64,000 nucleotides of DNA, from the NCBI GenBank assembly GCA_017612805.1, contig JAGAFD010000007.1:170675-234674 (forward strand). The letters run 5' to 3'. This DNA comes from Bacilli bacterium (GTDB taxonomy: Bacteria; Bacillota_I; Bacilli_A; RF39; UBA660). Made by a program: the position numbers and the translations under genes. How positions within the stretch are numbered: the first letter of the stretch is position 1; every line of letters begins with the position of its first letter. Below the pieces are notes generated by a model. That model was not told where the DNA came from, ran no database searches, and worked only from the letters and a program-made list of their open reading frames with translations. Positions 49,905 through 58,107 of the stretch are shown here, one piece after another.

Positions 49905-50149
49905 CATTCTTTTTTTAATTTCTTTATGACTTTATTTTTTTCTTCTTTAGAAACATCACATAATTGATAATAACCTTTTTTAGACATTAAATCATAAACT
50001 AATTTAGCATATTTATTAACTTCTTTAAATTGTTCTAAGTATAAGTTATAAACATTATCGCAGCTTGCTTCATTTAAAGCAATTGTTAAATTAACTGACA
50101 TATTTTTTAAACTAGTTAATACATCTAATAATATCGCTTGTTCATTCAT
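49901..50149 (-). CDS. Spore coat protein F (CotF)-like small protein
   Basis: 82 aa. DVLTSLKNMSVNLTIALNEASCDNVYNLYLEQFKEVNKYAKLVYDLMSKKGYY fits the Coat_F pattern (DLL..eK....Y..A..Es.n..lR......KGWY). Confidence 0.5.
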   Translation of the reverse strand: MNEQAILLDVLTSLKNMSVNLTIALNEASCDNVYNLYLEQFKEVNKYAKLVYDLMSKKGYYQLCDVSKEEKNKVIKKLKKEC

Positions 50150-50151
50150 TA

Positions 50152-50421
50152 TTAATTATCCTCCAAAAAACCAATGATATCATCTTGATAAGTTTCATGC
50201 ATATCCAGGATTGTTGATATCATTTTTTTACTATCACTTTCTTTTAATATTTCTTCATAATAGTTTAATTTATTAATACTATTTTGATGCCAGTTAAATA
50301 AGTCTTCTAAATAAAGTAAATCTTTTTGGGTAATCATATTATTGACATTTTTTATAATAATCAGTCCTTTCATTAATAGTATGACCATTCTAAAAATATT
50401 TATATTGACAAATAATACCAT
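50152..50421 (-). CDS. Small hypothetical protein upstream of the cotF-like gene (start uncertain)
   Basis: ORF of 89 codons; the real start may be an internal Met (MITQKD, about 61 aa). Reads straight into the CotF-like gene 2 nt later. Confidence 0.3.
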   Translation of the reverse strand: MVLFVNINIFRMVILLMKGLIIIKNVNNMITQKDLLYLEDLFNWHQNSINKLNYYEEILKESDSKKMISTILDMHETYQDDIIGFLEDN

Positions 50422-50433
50422 TAACCCTATAAT
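50405..50433 (+). promoter_or_regulatory. Perfect consensus sigma-A promoter (TTGACA-17-TATAAT)
   Basis: Read directly; GAGGTG RBS and ATG 50461 follow. Confidence 0.65.
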
Positions 50434-50460
50434 TTAATTTGTTAAAAAGAGGTGTATTTG

Positions 50461-51294
50461 ATGGTTGATATCATTTTAGATACGGTATTTGATAGTTTAA
50501 AATTATTACCATTTTTATTTATAGCATTTTTAATTATTGAACTTATAGAACATAAATATGAAAATAAAACTAATACTTTAATTAAGAATAGTGGTAAATT
50601 TGGACCAGTGGTTGGTAGTTTATTAGGATTATTTCCTCAATGTGGTTTTTCAGTATTTGCAACTAACCTTTATATAACTAGATTAATAACGATGGGTAGT
50701 TTAGTAGCCATTTATTTAGCAACTTCGGATGAAATGCTTCCGGTAATGTTATCTGGTGGAATGAAATGGCAAGTTATCTTAATTAGTTTAGGAATTAAGT
50801 TTGTAATTGGAATTATTACTGGGGTAATTATTGATTTAATTATTAAAGGCGATAATAAGCCAGTTTATGAAATATGCGATCATGAACATTGTCATTGTCA
50901 TAAAGATCATGGGGTAATTAAATCAAGTTTAATTCATACTTTAAAGATATTCATTTTTATCTTTGTATTCAGTTTTATTATTAATACAAGTTTTTATTAC
51001 TTTGGTGAAGATTTTTTAAGTAAAATATTACTTAAAAATAATATTTTTGGTTCATTCTTAACTTCATTAATTGGTTTAATTCCTAACTGTGGAGCATCAG
51101 TATTATTAACTGAATTATATATTAATAATACAATTACTTATGGTTCAATGATGGCAGGACTTTTAACTGGTGCGGGCGTTGGATTAGCAATTCTTGTTAA
51201 GAATAATAAGCCATTTAAAAACACTTTATTTATTTTATTAGTAATATATTTAGTTGGAGCATTAAGTGGTTTAATAATTAATTTAATTTATTAA
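50461..51294 (+). CDS. Polytopic membrane protein with internal duplication and His/Cys-rich loop (putative metal transporter)
   Basis: Two homologous halves (LLGLFPQCGFSVFATNLYITRLITMGS and LIGLIPNCGASVLLTELYINNTITYGS) and a central CDHEHCHCHKDHG loop. Family not recognised. Confidence 0.45.
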   Translation: MVDIILDTVFDSLKLLPFLFIAFLIIELIEHKYENKTNTLIKNSGKFGPVVGSLLGLFPQCGFSVFATNLYITRLITMGSLVAIYLATSDEMLPVMLSGGMKWQVILISLGIKFVIGIITGVIIDLIIKGDNKPVYEICDHEHCHCHKDHGVIKSSLIHTLKIFIFIFVFSFIINTSFYYFGEDFLSKILLKNNIFGSFLTSLIGLIPNCGASVLLTELYINNTITYGSMMAGLLTGAGVGLAILVKNNKPFKNTLFILLVIYLVGALSGLIINLIY

Positions 51295-51992
51295 AAGATT
51301 GAATCTAAAATCATCATAATAATAAAGCCAATAATAAAGGTGATAGTCATAAGGGTCTTATGACTATTTTTTTGGCTTTCTGGAATAAGTTCTTTAATAA
51401 TTACATAAATCATAGCTCCAGCCGCAAAGCTTAAGAATAGCGGCATTAAAAATTGGAGCTTGATTGCAAGTAATATCCCAATAATACCAAAGATTGGTTC
51501 AACAATCGCACTTAATGAACCAATTAAGAAAGCTTTAAAACGATTAAACCCTGATTTTCTTAATGGTAGAGATATTGCTGCTCCTTCAGGGAAGTTTTGG
51601 ATGCCAATGGCTAAAGCTAGAGTAGTAGCAGTGCTAATTGGAAGTAGGCCATATGCAATACCAATAGCTAGACCTTCTGGAATATTGTGAAGCGTAATTG
51701 CAAGAATCATTAAATTGTTTCGATCATTAAAAAAGTGTTCAGTTATTACAATAAATAGGGTACCAGATAATAAACCTAAAATGATTAGTAAATAAGATTT
51801 AGTAGCTAGGGCGGGGTTTAATAGGGAAAAGATGGATGCAGCAAACATAATACCAGCAGAGGTGCTATAACAACTACTAAGGATAGTGTTATTAATTTTT
51901 TTAAAGAAGAAAACAATCCCTGAACCTAAAGCGGTTAAGAAAAAAGTTAAGAGGGTAGCAAATAAGGTATATATAATTTTCAAAATCATCAC
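51291..51992 (-). CDS. ZIP-family divalent metal transporter (ZupT-like)
   Basis: Signature HNIPEG and QNFPEG motifs in TM helices; 233 aa. Confidence 0.8.
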   Translation of the reverse strand: MMILKIIYTLFATLLTFFLTALGSGIVFFFKKINNTILSSCYSTSAGIMFAASIFSLLNPALATKSYLLIILGLLSGTLFIVITEHFFNDRNNLMILAITLHNIPEGLAIGIAYGLLPISTATTLALAIGIQNFPEGAAISLPLRKSGFNRFKAFLIGSLSAIVEPIFGIIGILLAIKLQFLMPLFLSFAAGAMIYVIIKELIPESQKNSHKTLMTITFIIGFIIMMILDSIF

Positions 51993-52032
51993 CTATAAGT
52001 AATATATGTTATAATTGGATTAGGTGATATAT

Positions 52033-52728
52033 ATGAAGTGGGATGCTACTAATATAAATGAATTTTATGATAAGTTATTAAGTTATAAGCGTGATGATAA
52101 AATTCTTTGGACCCAAAATATTGTTAATACCAAAAAGAAGTGTTTAGGGATTCCCTTTCCAGATTTAAGAATTATAACTAAAGATATTTTAAAAACTGAT
52201 TATATATCATTTTTAGACTTAATGCCAAATCAATATCATGAAGCATTATTAATTGATGCTTTATTAATAAATAAAATAAAAGATTTTAAAACCCAAACTA
52301 AATATATTAATAAACTAGCTAAATACATTGATAGTTGGTCAGTAGTTGATACTTTAAAGTTTAATATTTCTAAATATCCTAATGAGTATTTTGGGTACGC
52401 TAAAAAGTTATTAACAAGTAAGAAACCTTTTGAAAGAAGAATTGCTATTAGAATATTTTTTAGTTATATTAAAACGGATTATATTGATGAAATATTTAAT
52501 ATCTTAGATGGTTTAGAAGAAGATCATTATTATGTTAATATGGCAATAGCATGGTTCTTATGTGAAGGCGTAATTAAAAATCGCGATAAAACGATTAATT
52601 ATTTAAAACAATCAAAATTAAATGCCTTTGCTATTAATAAAGCTATTTCGAAATGTCATGATAGTTTTAGAGTTATTGATCGTGATAAAAAATTATTAAA
52701 TAAGTATAAAAAAAATACATCTAATTGA
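52033..52728 (+). CDS. DNA alkylation repair enzyme family protein (AlkC/AlkD-like HEAT repeats)
   Basis: ERRIAIRIFF...HYYVNMAIAWFLCEG matches the DNA_alkylation family motif (RR.AI......YV..AIGW.LRE). AGGTGA RBS 5 nt before ATG. Confidence 0.65.
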   Translation: MKWDATNINEFYDKLLSYKRDDKILWTQNIVNTKKKCLGIPFPDLRIITKDILKTDYISFLDLMPNQYHEALLIDALLINKIKDFKTQTKYINKLAKYIDSWSVVDTLKFNISKYPNEYFGYAKKLLTSKKPFERRIAIRIFFSYIKTDYIDEIFNILDGLEEDHYYVNMAIAWFLCEGVIKNRDKTINYLKQSKLNAFAINKAISKCHDSFRVIDRDKKLLNKYKKNTSN

Positions 52729-54118
52729 TGTATTTTTTTTGTAATGGATAATTTTCTTTTAACCATTTTTCTACAACTTCATGATCATCATAATGGATTT
52801 TTTCATGTCCTATTATTTGATAGTTTTCATGACCTTTGCCTAATATTAACAAGATATCATTTTCTTCCATCATGTTAATACCTTGATAGATTGCCTCGGC
52901 ACGGTCATAAATAATTTCAAAGTTTTCATATTTTAAGTTAGTGGTAATATCATTCATAATCTTTTTAGGATCTTCCGTTCGGGGATTATCATTAGTAAAT
53001 ATTACATGATTACTTAACTTACAACAAATATCGCCAATAATTGGTCTTTTTATTGGATCACGGTCACCACCACAACCCATAATTGTAATAATTTGATTTT
53101 CCTTTAATTCATTAAAGCATTTAATTACTTTTAAAACAGCATCGGGAGTATGTGCATAATCAATTACACAGATACCTTTACCAGCTTTAATTATTTCACA
53201 ACGACCTTTTGGCGGATAAATATCTTTAGTTTCGTTAATGATCGTTTTTTCATCAATCCCTAGTTTATTTAAAATGGCAAAACAAGTTAAATAATTATAA
53301 ACATTAAATTTTGATATTAAGTTAGTCGTTACATAATATTTTTGATTATCTTTATTAAAATTAATTAAGGTATCAGTTTGACTACAACGATCATTAATTA
53401 TTCTAAAATCAGAGTTATTTTTATAACCGATGGTAGTGACATTATTAAAACGATTAATAAATTCTTTTGCATAGAAATCATCATTGTTAACAATTAATGA
53501 ACCATCACTTTTAATATAATCAATTATTTTTAGTTTTGATTTTAAATAGTTATCCATGGTTTTATGATAGTCAAGATGGTCTTGGGTTAGATTAGTAAAA
53601 GCCGCAATATCTAGTTTTAAACCTTTAATACGTTCTTCATCTAAAGAATGTGAACTAACTTCCATTACGACATATTCACAATTATTAGCTTTCGCTTCCA
53701 TTAATAAATTATATATGTTTAAAATATCTGGAGTGGTATTAGGTAATGGTTTTTTAAAACCGTCAAGATAAAAACCAATGGTTCCAATATAAGCGGCTTT
53801 ATAACCTAATTTGTTTAAAAATTGATAAGTTAAATAACAAGTAGTAGTTTTACCATTAGTACCAGTTACACCAATGATCTTCATGTCTTTAAATTGATGG
53901 GCATAGTTATTAACTAATACATTTTTTAAGTATTCTTTAGTACTAGGAACTTTAATACTAGGAACACTATATTTAACAGGTTTTTCAGTTATTATTAAGC
54001 TTGCACCATTTTTAATGGCTTCTTTTATATAATCATGTCCATCGACAGTATTACCTTTTATAGCAATAAATGTTTGACCAGGCAATACCTTTTTCGAATT
54101 TGTTTCGTATCTAATCAT
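52721..54118 (-). CDS. murE: Mur ligase, MurE-type (UDP-MurNAc-L-Ala-D-Glu:diamino acid ligase)
   Basis: P-loop KIIGVTGTNGKTTT. N-terminal QTFIAIKGNTVDGHDYIKEAIKNGASLIITE resembles the MurE N-domain. 465 aa. Confidence 0.65.
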   Translation of the reverse strand: MIRYETNSKKVLPGQTFIAIKGNTVDGHDYIKEAIKNGASLIITEKPVKYSVPSIKVPSTKEYLKNVLVNNYAHQFKDMKIIGVTGTNGKTTTCYLTYQFLNKLGYKAAYIGTIGFYLDGFKKPLPNTTPDILNIYNLLMEAKANNCEYVVMEVSSHSLDEERIKGLKLDIAAFTNLTQDHLDYHKTMDNYLKSKLKIIDYIKSDGSLIVNNDDFYAKEFINRFNNVTTIGYKNNSDFRIINDRCSQTDTLINFNKDNQKYYVTTNLISKFNVYNYLTCFAILNKLGIDEKTIINETKDIYPPKGRCEIIKAGKGICVIDYAHTPDAVLKVIKCFNELKENQIITIMGCGGDRDPIKRPIIGDICCKLSNHVIFTNDNPRTEDPKKIMNDITTNLKYENFEIIYDRAEAIYQGINMMEENDILLILGKGHENYQIIGHEKIHYDDHEVVEKWLKENYPLQKKYIN

Positions 54119-54181
54119 AAAAACCCTCCTATTTATATATTAACATATATTCATAAAAATGGCTAAGTGATTGTATTTTTA

Positions 54182-54210
54182 TTGCTAAATCAAAATGATT
54201 AAGTTATAAT
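54182..54210 (+). promoter_or_regulatory. Near-consensus sigma-A promoter (TTGCTA-17-TATAAT)
   Basis: Read directly; followed by a small ORF with a strong SD. Confidence 0.55.
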
Positions 54211-54254
54211 AAAAATTAATTTTTAAAAGACTATATAAAAGAGGAGTAAGTTAT

Positions 54255-54320
54255 ATGAAAAAAAATAAAATCAAGAAACCAAGTGAAACTCAACATGATA
54301 TTAAAGATTTTGAATCTTAA
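54255..54320 (+). CDS. Small Lys-rich ORF (21 aa) with strong Shine-Dalgarno
   Basis: GAGGAG 8 nt before ATG 54255; MKKNKIKKPSETQHDIKDFES; stops 20 nt before the next gene. Confidence 0.3.
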   Translation: MKKNKIKKPSETQHDIKDFES

Positions 54321-54340
54321 AAGTGAATAGAGGAAAGTTT

Positions 54341-55321
54341 ATGGCAATTGAAAATATAAATGATTTAAAAAATGCTATTGATGTTGGTATTATCAAGCCT
54401 TATTTAGCTAGTATGGGTTATTACTTTACTGAAAATGATGATTGCACTTTTGCAATTGCGAGAAAAGATAATCTTCGCTTTATCGCTTTTGCTATAACAT
54501 CTTATAAACATAATAGCTTTAATACTTGTGATATTAAAAAAACTGGTATGGGCCAAATAGTATTTGATACTAATGGCAATGTATTATTATTTGATAAAGC
54601 TGGTTCTAGTTATTGTAGTTTAGGATTTCATAAAAAGGAAAACTATATCGATTTAGATCCGGATAAAGTTTTTGTTGATGATATGGTATTATTGCAATCT
54701 TTAAATGATGATCGTTCGCGTTATCTTTCTGTTTATAAGTTTGATGGTAGTAAATATGTGGAAGCTTATAAGGTTGATCATGTATTTATCGAAAAAACCA
54801 CAGATAATAAGGTAGTTATTAATGACGGTGGTAGATTGTTTGATATTAAAAAACAAAAGTATTTGAATGATATCAAATTTAGCGATATTCTTGATTATGA
54901 TGATATGAATTCAAGTCATAATTTATTACGCTTACCATTTCTATTTATTCAAGAAGGACTTCAATCATCAATTATGGAATGTATTAAAAATAATAACTTG
55001 TTATTTGCCTATAAAAATATTGAAAATAATCAATATCTTTCTTATCCTAAAAATGCCACGGTTTTTATGTTTGTTGACACCTTTGGTAATATTGTAAGTA
55101 AGGCATATTTTAAAAGTAAATTTGAATATTTGGAAAAAGAAGTTACCAATGATACTTATGTAGAAGTTTTACAATCCTTTGTTGATAAACTAAATGAAGA
55201 TGCTAAAAATGCTTATGGTGAAGAAAATGCATTAATTGAAGCTAAACGGGTAAAAGAAGAATCGCTAGAAGAGGCTTCTAAAGCATTGTTACTAAAAGCA
55301 TTATCTGATAGTATCAAGTAA
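54341..55321 (+). CDS. Hypothetical protein
   Basis: About 327-aa ORF with GAGGAAAG RBS; no recognisable motif. Confidence 0.45.
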   Translation: MAIENINDLKNAIDVGIIKPYLASMGYYFTENDDCTFAIARKDNLRFIAFAITSYKHNSFNTCDIKKTGMGQIVFDTNGNVLLFDKAGSSYCSLGFHKKENYIDLDPDKVFVDDMVLLQSLNDDRSRYLSVYKFDGSKYVEAYKVDHVFIEKTTDNKVVINDGGRLFDIKKQKYLNDIKFSDILDYDDMNSSHNLLRLPFLFIQEGLQSSIMECIKNNNLLFAYKNIENNQYLSYPKNATVFMFVDTFGNIVSKAYFKSKFEYLEKEVTNDTYVEVLQSFVDKLNEDAKNAYGEENALIEAKRVKEESLEEASKALLLKALSDSIK

Positions 55322-55382
55322 TTTCATATTGGATATTGATTGATTAATAATATATAATGACTAATGAGAGGGGGACATTTAA

Positions 55383-55904
55383 GTGCGTCCATTATATCAA
55401 GCAAATGTCTATCAAATAAAGGATGGAATACGTCCTATCGATTTTAAAAAGGATAATTATTCAGAAGAGGATTTTGAAAAAAATACGGAATTAGTAGGAA
55501 CTATTATTTTTGAAAAGCCACTTTCTAAAGGTAAAAAAGTAAAAGATTTATTAACTGGTATTGAATTTGATTCAACATACTATGGAACAGTGGCAAAGTT
55601 TAGTCCTAAATATGATATGTGTATTGGTTTTGGTTTAAAATATCGTAGTTTAAGTAATAATGTAACTACCGTAGCAAAATTACATGGTATTTTCTATCAT
55701 GAAGTTTCATCTTATGAATTAAAACAATATATGGAAGATCATAAAGATGTATTTGCTTATAAACAAGAATTAGAGAAAATCAAACATGATGGATTAGAAA
55801 AAGGTAAGAAAAGTTTAATTCACTTAGCTAATTATTTAACTGCTAGTGATAAAGGTAAATTGATTCATACTATTAAAAAGAATCGAAGATCATTAAAATA
55901 TTAG
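55383..55904 (+). CDS. Hypothetical protein
   Basis: 173-aa ORF with GTG start after GAGGGGGA; own terminator. Confidence 0.4.
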   Translation: MRPLYQANVYQIKDGIRPIDFKKDNYSEEDFEKNTELVGTIIFEKPLSKGKKVKDLLTGIEFDSTYYGTVAKFSPKYDMCIGFGLKYRSLSNNVTTVAKLHGIFYHEVSSYELKQYMEDHKDVFAYKQELEKIKHDGLEKGKKSLIHLANYLTASDKGKLIHTIKKNRRSLKY

Positions 55905-55906
55905 TA

Positions 55907-55932
55907 AAACTAGTCAAAAGACTAGTTTTTTT
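55907..55932 (+). terminator. Rho-independent terminator
   Basis: AAACTAGTC-aaaa-GACTAGTTT followed by T7. Confidence 0.8.
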
Positions 55933-56006
55933 TAGTGTAAAGTCTTTAATAATTAACTTTACTAATCATTTTTATGTTGTTTATAATGATTATAGAAGGT
56001 GATTAT

Positions 56007-56786
56007 ATGGGTAAACTTAAAGATTATTTAATTGCTAAAGGTTTAGGAGAAGAGTTAATCAGTAATCCTGCATTTGATGGATTATTAGCTGACGCGGAAA
56101 AGATTTTTGAAGCTGCTTTAGATAGTAGGATTGAAATTGTTGATAAAGGTGAACTTTATGAAAAAATGATTGTTAAAGATGATGCAGGGAAAGTAATATT
56201 AACTATTGATCCGGTGATATTTCCCAAAAGCTGTTCTTTCAACGTATGTGGATATAAAAGGTCTCTTAGCTTGGATCAGTATGGAGATTTAAAAGTTCGT
56301 GAGGAAATGGGGGATATTCACACTAGAAAATACATCAAAGACCGAATTTTTGATAAAACGGGTTTAGAATCAAAGTTTTCTGAAAGATTAGAAACTCCTT
56401 ATGCCCATCAAGTTATTAAAGAAGTGTATCGTGAACATAATGGCTATGTGGCTTATGTTAGTGGGGTAAATGTCGATCCAGATGATCCAAACTTAAAAAG
56501 AATTGAAAAGTTTAGTGGCTATATAAATCTAGATTTAAGAAATAATGAATTAGATGGTTTTGATATAAAGAATAGGATGACAGTTAATACTGGAGATTTA
56601 AAAGAAAATGTTCCACATAAAATTGAAGCTTTACCAGATAATCCTAATATGTCGCCAGAAGCAATTCTATATATTCAAAAAGGTATTAAAGATATGAGCC
56701 CTGAAGAAAGAAATCGTTGGGCAACATATTATCAACAACCATTTGAAGTAATTGAAACCGAAAGTTTTGGAAGTCCAATATTATAA
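56007..56786 (+). CDS. Hypothetical protein
   Basis: About 260-aa ORF; AGGTGA RBS 6 nt before ATG. Confidence 0.45.
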   Translation: MGKLKDYLIAKGLGEELISNPAFDGLLADAEKIFEAALDSRIEIVDKGELYEKMIVKDDAGKVILTIDPVIFPKSCSFNVCGYKRSLSLDQYGDLKVREEMGDIHTRKYIKDRIFDKTGLESKFSERLETPYAHQVIKEVYREHNGYVAYVSGVNVDPDDPNLKRIEKFSGYINLDLRNNELDGFDIKNRMTVNTGDLKENVPHKIEALPDNPNMSPEAILYIQKGIKDMSPEERNRWATYYQQPFEVIETESFGSPIL

Positions 56787-56787
56787 A

Positions 56788-56815
56788 AAAAGAACCAAAT
56801 GGTTCTTTTTATTTT
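56788..56815 (+). terminator. Rho-independent terminator
   Basis: AGAACCA-aa-TGGTTCT followed by T5. Confidence 0.65.
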
Positions 56816-56888
56816 TAAATAAATATTTTATTGTAAAAGTATTAAAAGTAAAGTATAATAATGAATCACTTGGGGGAGGTTATTTACA

Positions 56889-57848
56889 ATGGGAGTTTAT
56901 GAAGATAAGAGAGATTTGTTAATTCAAAAAAATGTTCATTTAGTCCAAAGTGGACAATTTAAAAGTAATATAAATGACTTAACTAAAAAAGATATTAAAG
57001 GTATTAATGATATTATAAGATTAGATTATATGGGATCTTTTGAATTTGAGTGTGGATCATTACCAAAATCTTTAAGAAGAATGACTATTAATAAGAATTT
57101 TTATAAAGTTTTTGTTTTTGATCAATACAAAGATAAAAATGGTAATTCATTAAAAGTATATGCGCCATATGTATTTTATAAAAATGTTTTAAATATTGTT
57201 AATAGATTATCGGTAGATGGATGTCGATTACAAGAATATTGTTCTTTAGCTGACCATATTATAAAAGCAGGACAAGCAACAGAAGATATGGATTATGATT
57301 ATTATGATGAACAAGATTTTTGGTGGGATATTGAAAATGATTTCTTTATGTTCTTTGAACATACCGATAAAGTTTTAGATTTAATGGATGCATTAAGAAA
57401 AGAAAAATTTGGATATGAAAAAAATAAGGCTGATAGTACTTTAAATAAAGCATACTTGGATTTGTTAACAAGACCTAATACACGTTTTATCGATATGAAT
57501 ACATCAATTAAAAATTATCGTTTTAACAAAAATAATAACATGCATCTGATTGAATTTTTAGAAGGTGCAACCTTAGAAAATATTTTTATGGAAGCAATAA
57601 TTATTGCTAAAACTGCTAAAGGTAACGTTTTATTTAATGTAAATGGAATACCATTTAGTATTAATGAAGAATCAATACCAGACATTATTAAAAAGGAAAA
57701 TGGGGTTGATTTAGTAGATAGTTGTACTTATTCTGATAAAATTGATGAATTAATTAATGAGTATCATGAAGAAGTAGAAAGAAAGCAAAAGCAATCAGAA
57801 TTAGTAAATGTATTACGTTTAATTAGAAATCAAAAGGCAAATAAATAA
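56889..57848 (+). CDS. Hypothetical protein
   Basis: 319-aa ORF; GGGGGAGG RBS. Confidence 0.45.
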   Translation: MGVYEDKRDLLIQKNVHLVQSGQFKSNINDLTKKDIKGINDIIRLDYMGSFEFECGSLPKSLRRMTINKNFYKVFVFDQYKDKNGNSLKVYAPYVFYKNVLNIVNRLSVDGCRLQEYCSLADHIIKAGQATEDMDYDYYDEQDFWWDIENDFFMFFEHTDKVLDLMDALRKEKFGYEKNKADSTLNKAYLDLLTRPNTRFIDMNTSIKNYRFNKNNNMHLIEFLEGATLENIFMEAIIIAKTAKGNVLFNVNGIPFSINEESIPDIIKKENGVDLVDSCTYSDKIDELINEYHEEVERKQKQSELVNVLRLIRNQKANK

Positions 57849-57858
57849 ATAATAAAAT

Positions 57859-57887
57859 AACGGCTATAAAAATAGCCGTTTTTTTTA
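57859..57887 (+). terminator. Rho-independent terminator
   Basis: AACGGCTAT-aaaa-ATAGCCGTT followed by T8. Confidence 0.8.
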
Positions 57888-57899
57888 TGATAAAAAAAA

Positions 57900-57918
57900 G
57901 CATCGCTTATTGCGATGA
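57900..57918 (-). terminator. Terminator hairpin for the - strand tRNA-Gly
   Basis: GCATCGC-ttat-TGCGATG with A8 on the + strand (T8 on - strand), immediately 3' of the - strand tRNA. Confidence 0.6.
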
Positions 57919-57929
57919 TTATTTACAAA

Positions 57930-58004
57930 TGGAGCAAGTGAGGAGAATCGAACTCCCATCCCAACCTTGGCAAGGTTATATTCTAACCATTGAACCACAC
58001 CTGC
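57930..58004 (-). tRNA. tRNA-Gly (GCC)
   Basis: Reverse complement folds as acceptor GCAGGTG/CACTTGC, anticodon arm TAACC-TTGCCAA-GGTTG, T-loop GGAGTTCGATTCTCC, encoded CCA. Confidence 0.8.
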
Positions 58005-58014
58005 ATGTGTATTA

Positions 58015-58043
58015 ATAATAACAAAAGAGTTTTAAAAAATCAA
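58015..58043 (-). promoter_or_regulatory. Sigma-A promoter on - strand (TTGATT-17-TATTAT) for tRNA-Gly(GCC)
   Basis: Reverse complement read directly; -10 ends 10 nt before the tRNA 5' end. Confidence 0.45.
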
Positions 58044-58107
58044 GTATTTTTATTAATTTACTATCATTATGATTTGTGATATAATTTTGTATATTGAGGT
58101 AATAAAA

